DNA from: Candidatus Eiseniibacteriota bacterium
Lineage (GTDB): Bacteria > Eisenbacteria > RBG-16-71-46 > CAIMUX01 > VGJL01
Direction: 5' to 3'
Length of the DNA stretch: 64,000 bases
Assembly (NCBI GenBank): GCA_963792585.1
Contig: CAWBWI010000006.1
Location: 800,001 to 864,000 of the forward strand
The notes under the pieces are model-generated. The model searched no databases and was not told the DNA's origin. It was given only the letters and a program-made list of their open reading frames with translations. Positions within the stretch are counted from its first letter, which is position 1. Each line of letters opens with the position of its first letter. Positions 52,281 to 59,970 of this stretch are shown here, in pieces. The position numbers were made by a program, and so were the translations under genes.

Positions 52281-53389
52281 AACGCGTGGTGATCGTCGGG
52301 GCCGGCAACATCGGCTCGCACCTGGCGCCCATGATCGCCCGAATTGCCGAAGTCGGGCGGATCCTGGTGATCGATAGGGATCGATACGAGGGGAAGAACC
52401 TGACCGGGCAATCGATCACGGCCGCCGAGGTGGGTGGCGCGAAAGCGCGCGTGCAGGCGGCCGCGCTCCGCCGGATCTCTCCGGAGATCGAGGTTTCGTC
52501 GTTCGTCGGGGAGTTCGAGCACGTCCCCCTGGGATGGCTGCGCAGCGAGTTGATCCTTGGCTGCCTCGATTCGCGGCGCGGGAGGCAGAGCGTGAACGAA
52601 GCAGCCTTCCACCTCGGCATCCCATGGATCGACGGCGGCGTTCATCCCGACGGCCTCCTCGCGCGGGTGAACGTCTACCTCCCCGGCGCGGATCGTCCCT
52701 GCCTCGAGTGCGCCTGGGATGAGAACGACTACAGGAACATCGAGCAGGAGTATCCGTGCGAATCGGGCAAGGCCGGCGCGGTTCCATCGCCTCCCTCGAC
52801 TCAGGCGACGAATGCCCCTGCCGCCCTCGGCGCTCTGGCGGCCGCCTTGCAGGCGATCGAGGCCGGGAAGATCCTGACGGGTCGCGATGACCTCGTCGTG
52901 GGGGGTCGGCAGATCCAGATCGACGCCTCCCACCATACCCATTACGTGACGGCGTTTCGCCGAAACCACGCCTGCCGCTTCGGCGACCACGCCCCATGGA
53001 CGTTGATCGACCTCCCATCGGCCCCATCGAAGCTGAGGCTGCGCGACCTGGCGGCTCGTCTCCCCGGCAGTCCGGAGCCCCGCGATTGCGCGTTCTCGAT
53101 CGAGGGCCGGTCGTTCGCCCGCGCCCTGACATGTTCCGGGTGCGGTCGAAGGCGCGCCGTACTGCGCTTGGCGAAACTCCCGCCGGGTGGAGAAGGTCTC
53201 TGCCGGTCCTGCGGCGGTCGCATCGTGATCACCGGCGTCGACCGTCTCGATTGCATGGAGGGGAGCGAATTGCCCGCAAGAGATCTCGATCGCCCGCTCG
53301 GCGCGATCGGCGTCCGACCCGGCGACATCGTGCGCGCGGTTGCGGGAGAGGCGACTGCGCGCTTCGTGATCGGCGGAGATTCGGGGTGA
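52277..53389 (+). CDS. ThiF/E1-like ubiquitin-activating enzyme with a C-terminal Zn-ribbon-containing extension
   Basis: GTG 52277 overlaps the RING stop (GTGA); GAGNIG, DRD....KNL, K(A), CLDS...R, PCLEC, candidate catalytic Cys in EYPC, CRFGDH, CSGC..CRSC, LGAIGVRPGDIV. Confidence 0.88.
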   Translation: MKRVVIVGAGNIGSHLAPMIARIAEVGRILVIDRDRYEGKNLTGQSITAAEVGGAKARVQAAALRRISPEIEVSSFVGEFEHVPLGWLRSELILGCLDSRRGRQSVNEAAFHLGIPWIDGGVHPDGLLARVNVYLPGADRPCLECAWDENDYRNIEQEYPCESGKAGAVPSPPSTQATNAPAALGALAAALQAIEAGKILTGRDDLVVGGRQIQIDASHHTHYVTAFRRNHACRFGDHAPWTLIDLPSAPSKLRLRDLAARLPGSPEPRDCAFSIEGRSFARALTCSGCGRRRAVLRLAKLPPGGEGLCRSCGGRIVITGVDRLDCMEGSELPARDLDRPLGAIGVRPGDIVRAVAGEATARFVIGGDSG

Positions 53390-53522
53390 CGGAAGATAGA
53401 CCCGGGCGCGAAGCGATTGCGCTCGGACCTGTTGCATTCGGACGACACGTGATTTCCCGGCGCGAAACCGGAACGGGGGCCGAGCCGTGAAATCATGAGG
53501 TCGCGTCCAAGGAGGGGACCAA

Positions 53523-54047
53523 ATGGAAGACCGGATCTATGAAGCGTTCCTCGAAGAGCAGTTCGTCAGGGGAATGGAGCTCGCGCGCGCGAGCGACTTC
53601 CTCGAACTCGTTCCGGTGCACGGTGCGCCTCCGTCGATTTACGTCGCCACGTTCCATTCGAAGGGGCTCCTCCGCGCCCCGGATGGCGAGATCGTCGAGG
53701 GCGATCTCTTCGAGGTCGGCATCCGCTTGCCTCCCGAATACCTCCGTCGGGTCCATCCAGCCGAGATTCTGACCTGGCTCGGGCCTCCCACCATATTCCA
53801 TCCAAACGTGTCGTCTCCGTTCGTCTGCGTCGGCCGCATCGTGCCGGGCACGCCTCTCGTCGACATCCTCTACCAGGTCTTCGAGTTGATCGGCGGGACC
53901 AAGATCACGATGAACGAGGCGGACGCGCTCAACTTCGCCGCCTGTCAGTGGGCGCGGGCGCATCCGGAACGATTTCCGGTCGAGCGAAGACCTCTCAAGC
54001 GCCGCGCGATCCGCGTCGAGGCGCAGCCGGTGTCGGAGGCGTCATGA
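53523..54047 (+). CDS. UBC-fold E2 ubiquitin-conjugating enzyme-like protein
   Basis: AAGGAGG RBS; I.LP.EY...P, IFHPNV..FVC (HPN plus catalytic Cys), ALN.AA..W helix. Confidence 0.85.
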   Translation: MEDRIYEAFLEEQFVRGMELARASDFLELVPVHGAPPSIYVATFHSKGLLRAPDGEIVEGDLFEVGIRLPPEYLRRVHPAEILTWLGPPTIFHPNVSSPFVCVGRIVPGTPLVDILYQVFELIGGTKITMNEADALNFAACQWARAHPERFPVERRPLKRRAIRVEAQPVSEAS

Positions 54048-54952
54048 ACCGCTCATGGGAACGCCAGGAGACCGGAATCGCCCGCGCGATCCGGAAATCG
54101 GGCGCGGCATTTGCGAGGCCGGCGCCCGGCCGCTGGGAGCTCCACCTGTCGAACGGACATGCATTCAGCGTCGGCGCCGTCCTCGACACCGGCTGGCTCG
54201 TCCTCGAATCGCCGCTGCCCCGCTCGATGAGGATCCCGCCCGCGCCCGACTTGCTCTGCTCCAATGCCCACCTCCCGGGGCTGGCCAAGTTCGCCGACCG
54301 CGCATGCGGTAGGACCGTGAGCATCCAGGCGGAAATTCCGATCGGAGACGGGATCGACCTTGCCGCGCGGCTTCACGAGACTTTGAACGGCTTCTCTCGC
54401 GGCCATGCGATCGCCTCCGGGAAACCGATTCCGTACGGGGAGGCGTTCGGCGCGCCGGCGGACGACGCCCGAGCCTCTGCGGACCTCGCCGGCGGGGAAG
54501 CACTGGTGGCGCCCCGAGCGCTCGTTGCAGCGCTCCGGTCGGTCGGGTGGCCATACCTCGAACGCATCGACGGTTCGATCAGCGTGGAGCTGGAATCCGA
54601 TCACGGCTACCACCAGGCGCACCTCACGGCGGATCCGGAAGGGGCCTTCGCCGCGCGCGTCGGAGTGGCCGACTGGCGCGGCGCGTCGCCTCCCTCCCGG
54701 GAGGCCGCCGCATCCCTGCTGCTCGCGGCCAACAACGGTATGCGCATGGCCCGGGCCGTGGCGGTGGAGCAGGAAGAGCGCTGGGCGGGCCGATTCGAAG
54801 TCCGCCTCGGCAGCTCACCGTGCGACGCGGAGCTGCGTCACGTTCTCGCGGCGCTTTCCGTCGCGTGCCGTCACTGGGCGCGGGAGTTGAGATCACTAGA
54901 ACATCTTTCGACCGCCCAGGCATACCTGGCGGTTCGAGGGGGTCGGTCATGA
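54044..54952 (+). CDS. Hypothetical protein, probable tandem YbjN/type III chaperone-like domains
   Basis: ATGA overlap with E2; two similar halves (LLCSNAHL..AKFA..SIQAEIP and LLAANNGMRMARA..RFEVRL). Confidence 0.55.
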   Translation: MNRSWERQETGIARAIRKSGAAFARPAPGRWELHLSNGHAFSVGAVLDTGWLVLESPLPRSMRIPPAPDLLCSNAHLPGLAKFADRACGRTVSIQAEIPIGDGIDLAARLHETLNGFSRGHAIASGKPIPYGEAFGAPADDARASADLAGGEALVAPRALVAALRSVGWPYLERIDGSISVELESDHGYHQAHLTADPEGAFAARVGVADWRGASPPSREAAASLLLAANNGMRMARAVAVEQEERWAGRFEVRLGSSPCDAELRHVLAALSVACRHWARELRSLEHLSTAQAYLAVRGGRS

Positions 54953-54994
54953 ACACCCGACTCGGCCGGAGGGAAATCCACACAGGAGGAAACC

Positions 54995-55285
54995 ATGGGA
55001 TCGGATGAGAAGACGGGACTCGCGCTCCTGGTGAGTGACGCGTCTCAGCAGAAGATGGCCAATGTTCGCGACGTGCCGCCCGACGCCAGCATCGGCGAAC
55101 TGGTCCAGGGGCTCCTGGAGTCGTTGAGGCTTCCGAGTCAGGACGCCTCGGGACGTCCCCTGACCTACTGGGCCCGCCTCGACCGGGAGGGGCGCCATGT
55201 CCACGCTTCGGAGCGGGTGGGAGAAGCGCTCCTGCCCGGCGACCACCTGATCTTGAGCCCGAACATCGACGCCGGAGGTTGTTAG
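54995..55285 (+). CDS. Ubiquitin-like (beta-grasp, YukD/EsaB-like) modifier ending in Gly-Gly-Cys
   Basis: AGGAGG RBS; 96 aa; DVPPDASIGELV..L, LP......Y..., L.PGD.LILSPNIDAGGC; codons GGA GGT TGT TAG at 55274-55285. Confidence 0.85.
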   Translation: MGSDEKTGLALLVSDASQQKMANVRDVPPDASIGELVQGLLESLRLPSQDASGRPLTYWARLDREGRHVHASERVGEALLPGDHLILSPNIDAGGC

Positions 55286-55364
55286 GAAACCCGCTCGCGC
55301 AGACGCGCCGCAAGCGGCGCGCGCGTGCGGCGGCCGCGGATCACCACGGGGGAGGGACGAATCG

Positions 55365-56396
55365 ATGCTGACCAACCGGTGCCGTTTCGTGCTGCACGTC
55401 TTCCAGGGCGACGGGACGTCCCTCGGGCAATCGCCGGCCGAGATCGACTTCGAGCCGGCCCGTGAATGGACTCGGCTCCGAGCCATCCGACAGGGTTGCA
55501 CGCCCGCCGCCCTGTCCGGCGCGACCGAGTCCATCCTCCCCGTCTGGCACACCGAGATCGGGGAGCCGTATCTCGCGGGCTTTCGGGTCCGCCTCTCATT
55601 CGAGGACGGCGGGGTCACGTGCGCCTTTCCAATCACCTACTTCAAGGAAGCGGGCCAGGACGCCTCCAGGGCATACATGAAACGCGGCCACCTCAAGGAG
55701 GGCGATCGCTTCCTCTTCCTCGTAGCCGCACTTCCGGCGGATCCGACCGCGCGGCCTCGCAGGACCCTCGCGCTGACGACCGAGGAACTCATCCCGCAGC
55801 TGCCGATCCTGGAAACTCCGCTAACGGGCTTCGGCTGCGGCGTCGAATTCGCCGGACCCTCTGCGGACCGCGAGTTTCCCGTCTTCATCCCCCGCACGAT
55901 CCTGCAGGAGGCAGAGGAGCTCTGCCGTGCGGCGGGATCGATCGAGACGGGCGGGATCCTGATCGGCCGTCTCCATCGCGATCCGTCGATCCCGGAGGCC
56001 TTCCTCGAGATCACCGCCCAGATCCCGGCGCGGCATGCGATCGGGGAGAAGGCGAGCCTCACATTTACGCCCGACACCTGGGCGGACGCGCGCGCGGCAA
56101 TCGCCCTGCGCGCCCGCAATGAACTCAACGTCGGGTGGTGGCACTTCCACCCGGTCCGGTCCTGGTGCGATGGGTGCCCGCCGGAGAAAAAGCACGATTG
56201 CACCCTCGCCTGCAGCTTCTTCAGCGAGCAGGACCGGAAGCTTCACCGTGTCGTGTTTCCGGCCGCGTACAGCGTGGCCCTCGTCGTCAACGCCATCAAC
56301 TCGGGATCGATGACACCCTCGCTGTTCGGTTGGCGCGAAGGAACGATCACCGCCAGGGGCTTCTACCGCATCGACGCGCCCGTCACCGTCAACTGA
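55365..56396 (+). CDS. JAB/MPN+ (JAMM) metalloprotease with an N-terminal extra domain
   Basis: GGAGG RBS; ETGGILIG, VGWWHFHP, FSEQD...H. Confidence 0.88.
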   Translation: MLTNRCRFVLHVFQGDGTSLGQSPAEIDFEPAREWTRLRAIRQGCTPAALSGATESILPVWHTEIGEPYLAGFRVRLSFEDGGVTCAFPITYFKEAGQDASRAYMKRGHLKEGDRFLFLVAALPADPTARPRRTLALTTEELIPQLPILETPLTGFGCGVEFAGPSADREFPVFIPRTILQEAEELCRAAGSIETGGILIGRLHRDPSIPEAFLEITAQIPARHAIGEKASLTFTPDTWADARAAIALRARNELNVGWWHFHPVRSWCDGCPPEKKHDCTLACSFFSEQDRKLHRVVFPAAYSVALVVNAINSGSMTPSLFGWREGTITARGFYRIDAPVTVN

Positions 56397-56426
56397 GCCA
56401 GTCCAACGGCTGTTCAAGGAGGAAAG

Positions 56427-58130
56427 ATGCCCCGTGCGGCCCGCACCCAGCCCTCGCTTCCGTTTCTTCTGGACATGCTCGTTCACAATGCCGGGGAGGA
56501 GCCGCTGGACGGGCCGTCGTTCCACCACCTCCAGAGCCTGCGCGGTCAGTCGCCGGAGGTGAACCGCGAGATCGACATGATGCTCCTCGATCGCATGCGC
56601 CACCTGCACCGCGGGATGGCGGAGATCCAGGCGAGGCAGGACGAGCTGCGCGCGGTGATCGAGAAGCTGGGGGCTCCCCCCTATCATCCCGCCATCTATC
56701 TGGGGACGACGGAAACGGCCCGCGGCACGCTTGCGGTCGTCCACCACGGCAATGGGCGACGGTTCGTATCGGTGTCCGATTCGTGCGACCTCTCCTCCCT
56801 GTCGAGAGGCGACGGCGTCCTCCTGACCAATGAGCTGAATTGCCTTCTCGAGCGCGCGCCCAACCCTTCGCTCGCATGCGGCGAGACGGCCGTCTTCGAC
56901 CGCCTCGTCTCGGAGGATCGGGCGGTCCTCAAGTCGCGCGACGAAGAGACCGTCGCATGCTTGAGCGGCCCGCTCTCGGAGATCGGGCTGCGCGCGGGCG
57001 ACATCGTGCGGTGGGACCGGGGCGCAGGACTTGCGTTCGAAAAGATTCCGTCATCGAACGAGTCGAGCTTCTTCCTGGAGCACACCCCGCAGGAGACCTT
57101 CGCCGACATCGGCGGGCTGGACGACCGGATCGAGAAGATCTGCACCGTGATCCGACTCCAGATGGAGTCCCCGGATCTGTCGCGAAAGTACCGACTGCCG
57201 CCGAAACGATCGATCCTCCTGGTCGGTCCCCCGGGGACCGGCAAGACCATGCTGGCGCGCGCTTTGGCCAACTGGGTCGCAACGTTGGCTCCGTCGGGGC
57301 GCAGCCGTTTCATGTCGATCAAACCCGGCGAGATGAACTCGATGTGGTACGGCCAATCGGAGGCGATCATCCGTCAGACCTTCCATGCGGCGCGCGAGGC
57401 GGGAGAGACCGATCCCGATGTGCCCGTCGTCCTCTTCTTCGACGAGGTCGACTCGATCGGCGCGGCCCGCGGCGGGGCGCTGGGCCACATCGACGATAAG
57501 GTCCTCGAGGCGTTCATGGTCGAGCTCGAGGGACTCCAGGACCGCGGGAACGTGCTCGTCGTCGCCGCCACGAACCGACGCGACCTGCTCGACAGCGCCC
57601 TGGTGCGGCCCGGACGCCTCGGGGACCTGGAGATTCGCGTTCCGAGGCCGGGGGTCGAGGAAGCGCGGGAAATCCTCCGCAAGTACCTGCGGGACGACAT
57701 GCCGTACGCCGCGAACGGAAACGGCGGCGACCCGGATCTCGAGCGCGCCGCGATCGTCGACGCCACGGTCTCCCGGATCTTCGCCCAGAACGGCGAGAGC
57801 GACGTGGCGACGGTCGTCTTCCGCGACGGGAAGCAGCGCACCGTCCAGATGAAGGACATCGTCAGCGGGGCGATGATCAAGAAGCTCGCACGGGACGCCT
57901 CGGAGGCCGCGTGCATCCGCGAGGGTTCCACCGGCGAGGCGGGGATCCGTCTCGAGGACATGCTGACCACACTCACGGCCGAAATGGAGATGGCCGCGCT
58001 CTCCCTGACCCCGGCCAATTGCCGGAGCCAGTTGGAGAACCTCCCTCAGGATGTCGACGTCGTACGGGTCGATCCGGTCCGCCGCCGCGTCGCAGGCCCG
58101 CACCACTACATCCGTCTACAGGAAGTCTGA
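56427..58130 (+). CDS. arc: ARC/Mpa-type AAA+ ATPase (coiled coil, OB domains, AAA)
   Basis: AGGAGG RBS; coiled coil ending EKLGAPP; FADIGGLD, GPPGTGKT, VLFFDEVDS, ATNRRDLLDSALVRPGRL, VSGAMI. Confidence 0.85.
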   Translation: MPRAARTQPSLPFLLDMLVHNAGEEPLDGPSFHHLQSLRGQSPEVNREIDMMLLDRMRHLHRGMAEIQARQDELRAVIEKLGAPPYHPAIYLGTTETARGTLAVVHHGNGRRFVSVSDSCDLSSLSRGDGVLLTNELNCLLERAPNPSLACGETAVFDRLVSEDRAVLKSRDEETVACLSGPLSEIGLRAGDIVRWDRGAGLAFEKIPSSNESSFFLEHTPQETFADIGGLDDRIEKICTVIRLQMESPDLSRKYRLPPKRSILLVGPPGTGKTMLARALANWVATLAPSGRSRFMSIKPGEMNSMWYGQSEAIIRQTFHAAREAGETDPDVPVVLFFDEVDSIGAARGGALGHIDDKVLEAFMVELEGLQDRGNVLVVAATNRRDLLDSALVRPGRLGDLEIRVPRPGVEEAREILRKYLRDDMPYAANGNGGDPDLERAAIVDATVSRIFAQNGESDVATVVFRDGKQRTVQMKDIVSGAMIKKLARDASEAACIREGSTGEAGIRLEDMLTTLTAEMEMAALSLTPANCRSQLENLPQDVDVVRVDPVRRRVAGPHHYIRLQEV

Positions 58131-58131
58131 C

Positions 58132-59772
58132 ATGAGGAGACAGGGAAGACGTCGGAGGCGTGTGAACTCGTCGAACTTCGGTCCGCAGATCCCAAAACTG
58201 TGTGGGGCGGACGTCGAGCTGGGCAATTTCGTGCTCGGCGTTGGGGCCGGCGATGACACATGCGCGGAGGCGGCCCATGCGCTTCTCTACCGGATCGAGG
58301 GATTGCCGCGACGACGGTGGTACCAGCAACAGGCGCTCGCCTACACGGACTCCATGGGGGTGCTGCACATCACCCCCGGCCGAACCAATCCGCAGGACTG
58401 GGGACGGCGGTACCTCTCCTCGAACGGGGGTTGCGTCTACATCGATCTGAATCACCTGGAGATCTGTCTCCCCGAGGTCCGGAGCGCCTGGGATCACGTA
58501 GCCGCCTGGCACGCGATGCTCCGGATCGCCCGCGCGGCGCAAGAGGCCACGATCGCACACCGCTCGTCCGAACGCCGGATCCAGGTCCTCGCGAACAACA
58601 GCGACGGCCGGGGCAACTCCTATGGGAGCCACCTCGACCTTCTCGTGACGCGGCAGGCCTGGGACAACATCTTCGAGCGCAAGCTCCAGTATCAGCTCTT
58701 CCTCGCCGCGCACCAGGTGTCGAGCATCGTGTATGCGGGCGCGGGCAAGGTGGGGAGCGAGAACCGCGCCCCCGACGCGACCTTCCAGCTCTCGCAGCGG
58801 GCCGACTTCTTCGAGCGGATTTGCGGGGTGGAGACGACCTTCAACCGGCCGATCGTCAACTCGCGCGACGAAGCCCTGTGCGGGCGCTCGTCGATCCAAG
58901 AAGAGAACGTCCCGGCCGATCGGATGGCCCGCCTCCACGTGATCTTCTACGACAGCACTCTGAGCCATGTCGCCTCCCTGCTGAAGGTGGGCGCGATGCA
59001 GATCGTCCTGGCGATGATCGAGGCCGAGTGCGTGCCGATCCGGTTCGCGCTGGAGGATCCGCTGCGGGCCCTGCGGGAGTGGAGCCGGGATCCCGCGATG
59101 CGGGTCCGGGCCGAAACCGTCGGCGGGGCTCACCTGACCGCCGTCGAGCTGCAGATGCGGATCGTAGAACAGGCCCGTCGCTTCATCGATCGTGGTGGTT
59201 GCGACGGCATCGTCCCGCGGGCCGAGGAGATCCTCTCCCTCTGGGAGGAGACCCTCACCCTGCTCGAGGCGGGGGACATCGCGACCCTCGCCCCACGCGT
59301 CGACTGGGCGTTGAAGCTCACGGCGCTGACCCGCGCTCTCGACCGCAGGAGGGATCTGGACTGGGGATCCCCGGAAATCAAATACCTCGACCACCTGTAT
59401 TCGAGTCTCGACCCGAACGAGGGGCTCTATTGGGGCTACGAACGCAGTGGGGTCACCCAATCGGTGGTGTCCGAACTCGAGATCGACCGTTTCGTGTCCG
59501 AGCCGCCCGCCGACACGCGCGCATGGAGTCGCGCGCACCTGATGCGCCTCGCTGGTCCCGACCGGATCGACGATGTGGATTGGGACTCGATCCGCTTTCG
59601 TCTGAACGGGGACGGCGCCTGGACACGGCGCCGCACCTTCGAGATGGCCGATCCCCTCGCCTTCACCGAGGCCGAGGCCGCGTCGATCGTCTACAGCGGC
59701 GCCGACCTGGAGACCGTCCTGGATGCACTCGAAGAACTCAATGAAAGGAGCGTGAGCCATGTCACCGGGTGA
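58132..59772 (+). CDS. dop: Pup ligase/deamidase family protein, Dop-like
   Basis: GADVE (GhExE variant), Dop-loop-like insert, NGG.VYID..H.E, NNSDGRG.SYGSH, FQLSQRADF...GVETT..RPIVNSRDE, RLHVI, DW.LK, P..TRA..R, DW..I, DP. Confidence 0.78.
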   Translation: MRRQGRRRRRVNSSNFGPQIPKLCGADVELGNFVLGVGAGDDTCAEAAHALLYRIEGLPRRRWYQQQALAYTDSMGVLHITPGRTNPQDWGRRYLSSNGGCVYIDLNHLEICLPEVRSAWDHVAAWHAMLRIARAAQEATIAHRSSERRIQVLANNSDGRGNSYGSHLDLLVTRQAWDNIFERKLQYQLFLAAHQVSSIVYAGAGKVGSENRAPDATFQLSQRADFFERICGVETTFNRPIVNSRDEALCGRSSIQEENVPADRMARLHVIFYDSTLSHVASLLKVGAMQIVLAMIEAECVPIRFALEDPLRALREWSRDPAMRVRAETVGGAHLTAVELQMRIVEQARRFIDRGGCDGIVPRAEEILSLWEETLTLLEAGDIATLAPRVDWALKLTALTRALDRRRDLDWGSPEIKYLDHLYSSLDPNEGLYWGYERSGVTQSVVSELEIDRFVSEPPADTRAWSRAHLMRLAGPDRIDDVDWDSIRFRLNGDGAWTRRRTFEMADPLAFTEAEAASIVYSGADLETVLDALEELNERSVSHVTG

Positions 59773-59968
59773 TGAATTGAGGATCCGGCCCGCGACCCAA
59801 CGACAGGGGCCCGGCAGCGAAGCGGCGGCAGAGGGGGGAGGATCCCTCGAAAGCCTCCGCGCCCAGGGAGAACGGCTTCTGGCCGCGAGCGATGAGGCAA
59901 TCGACCGGGCCCTCTCGGGAGACAGCGAGGCATTCCACCGCGCGAACAGGCAACACGGAGGTCAGTAG
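59759..59968 (+). CDS. pup: Pup-like prokaryotic modifier ending GGQ
   Basis: AAAGGAG RBS; 69 aa; low-complexity N-terminus; C-terminal SDEAIDRALSGDSEAFHRANRQHGGQ parallels Pup LLDEIDDVLEENAEDFVRAYVQKGGQ; lies between the dop-like and pafA-like genes. Confidence 0.85.
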   Translation: MSPGDELRIRPATQRQGPGSEAAAEGGGSLESLRAQGERLLAASDEAIDRALSGDSEAFHRANRQHGGQ

Positions 59969-59970
59969 CC

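Noticed and set aside
53386..53490. 34-codon ORF overlapping the E1 stop (GTGA) between E1 and E2
   Set aside because: No recognisable motif or GG end; cannot be supported without conservation data.
52277..56396. E1/Ubl/JAB as a ThiF-ThiS or MoeB-MoaD sulfur-transfer pathway, or as CBASS Cap2/Cap3
   Set aside because: No thiamine, molybdopterin or cysteine synthesis genes, rhodanese or CD-NTase nearby; a stand-alone HPN-type E2 and a RING protein point to protein conjugation.
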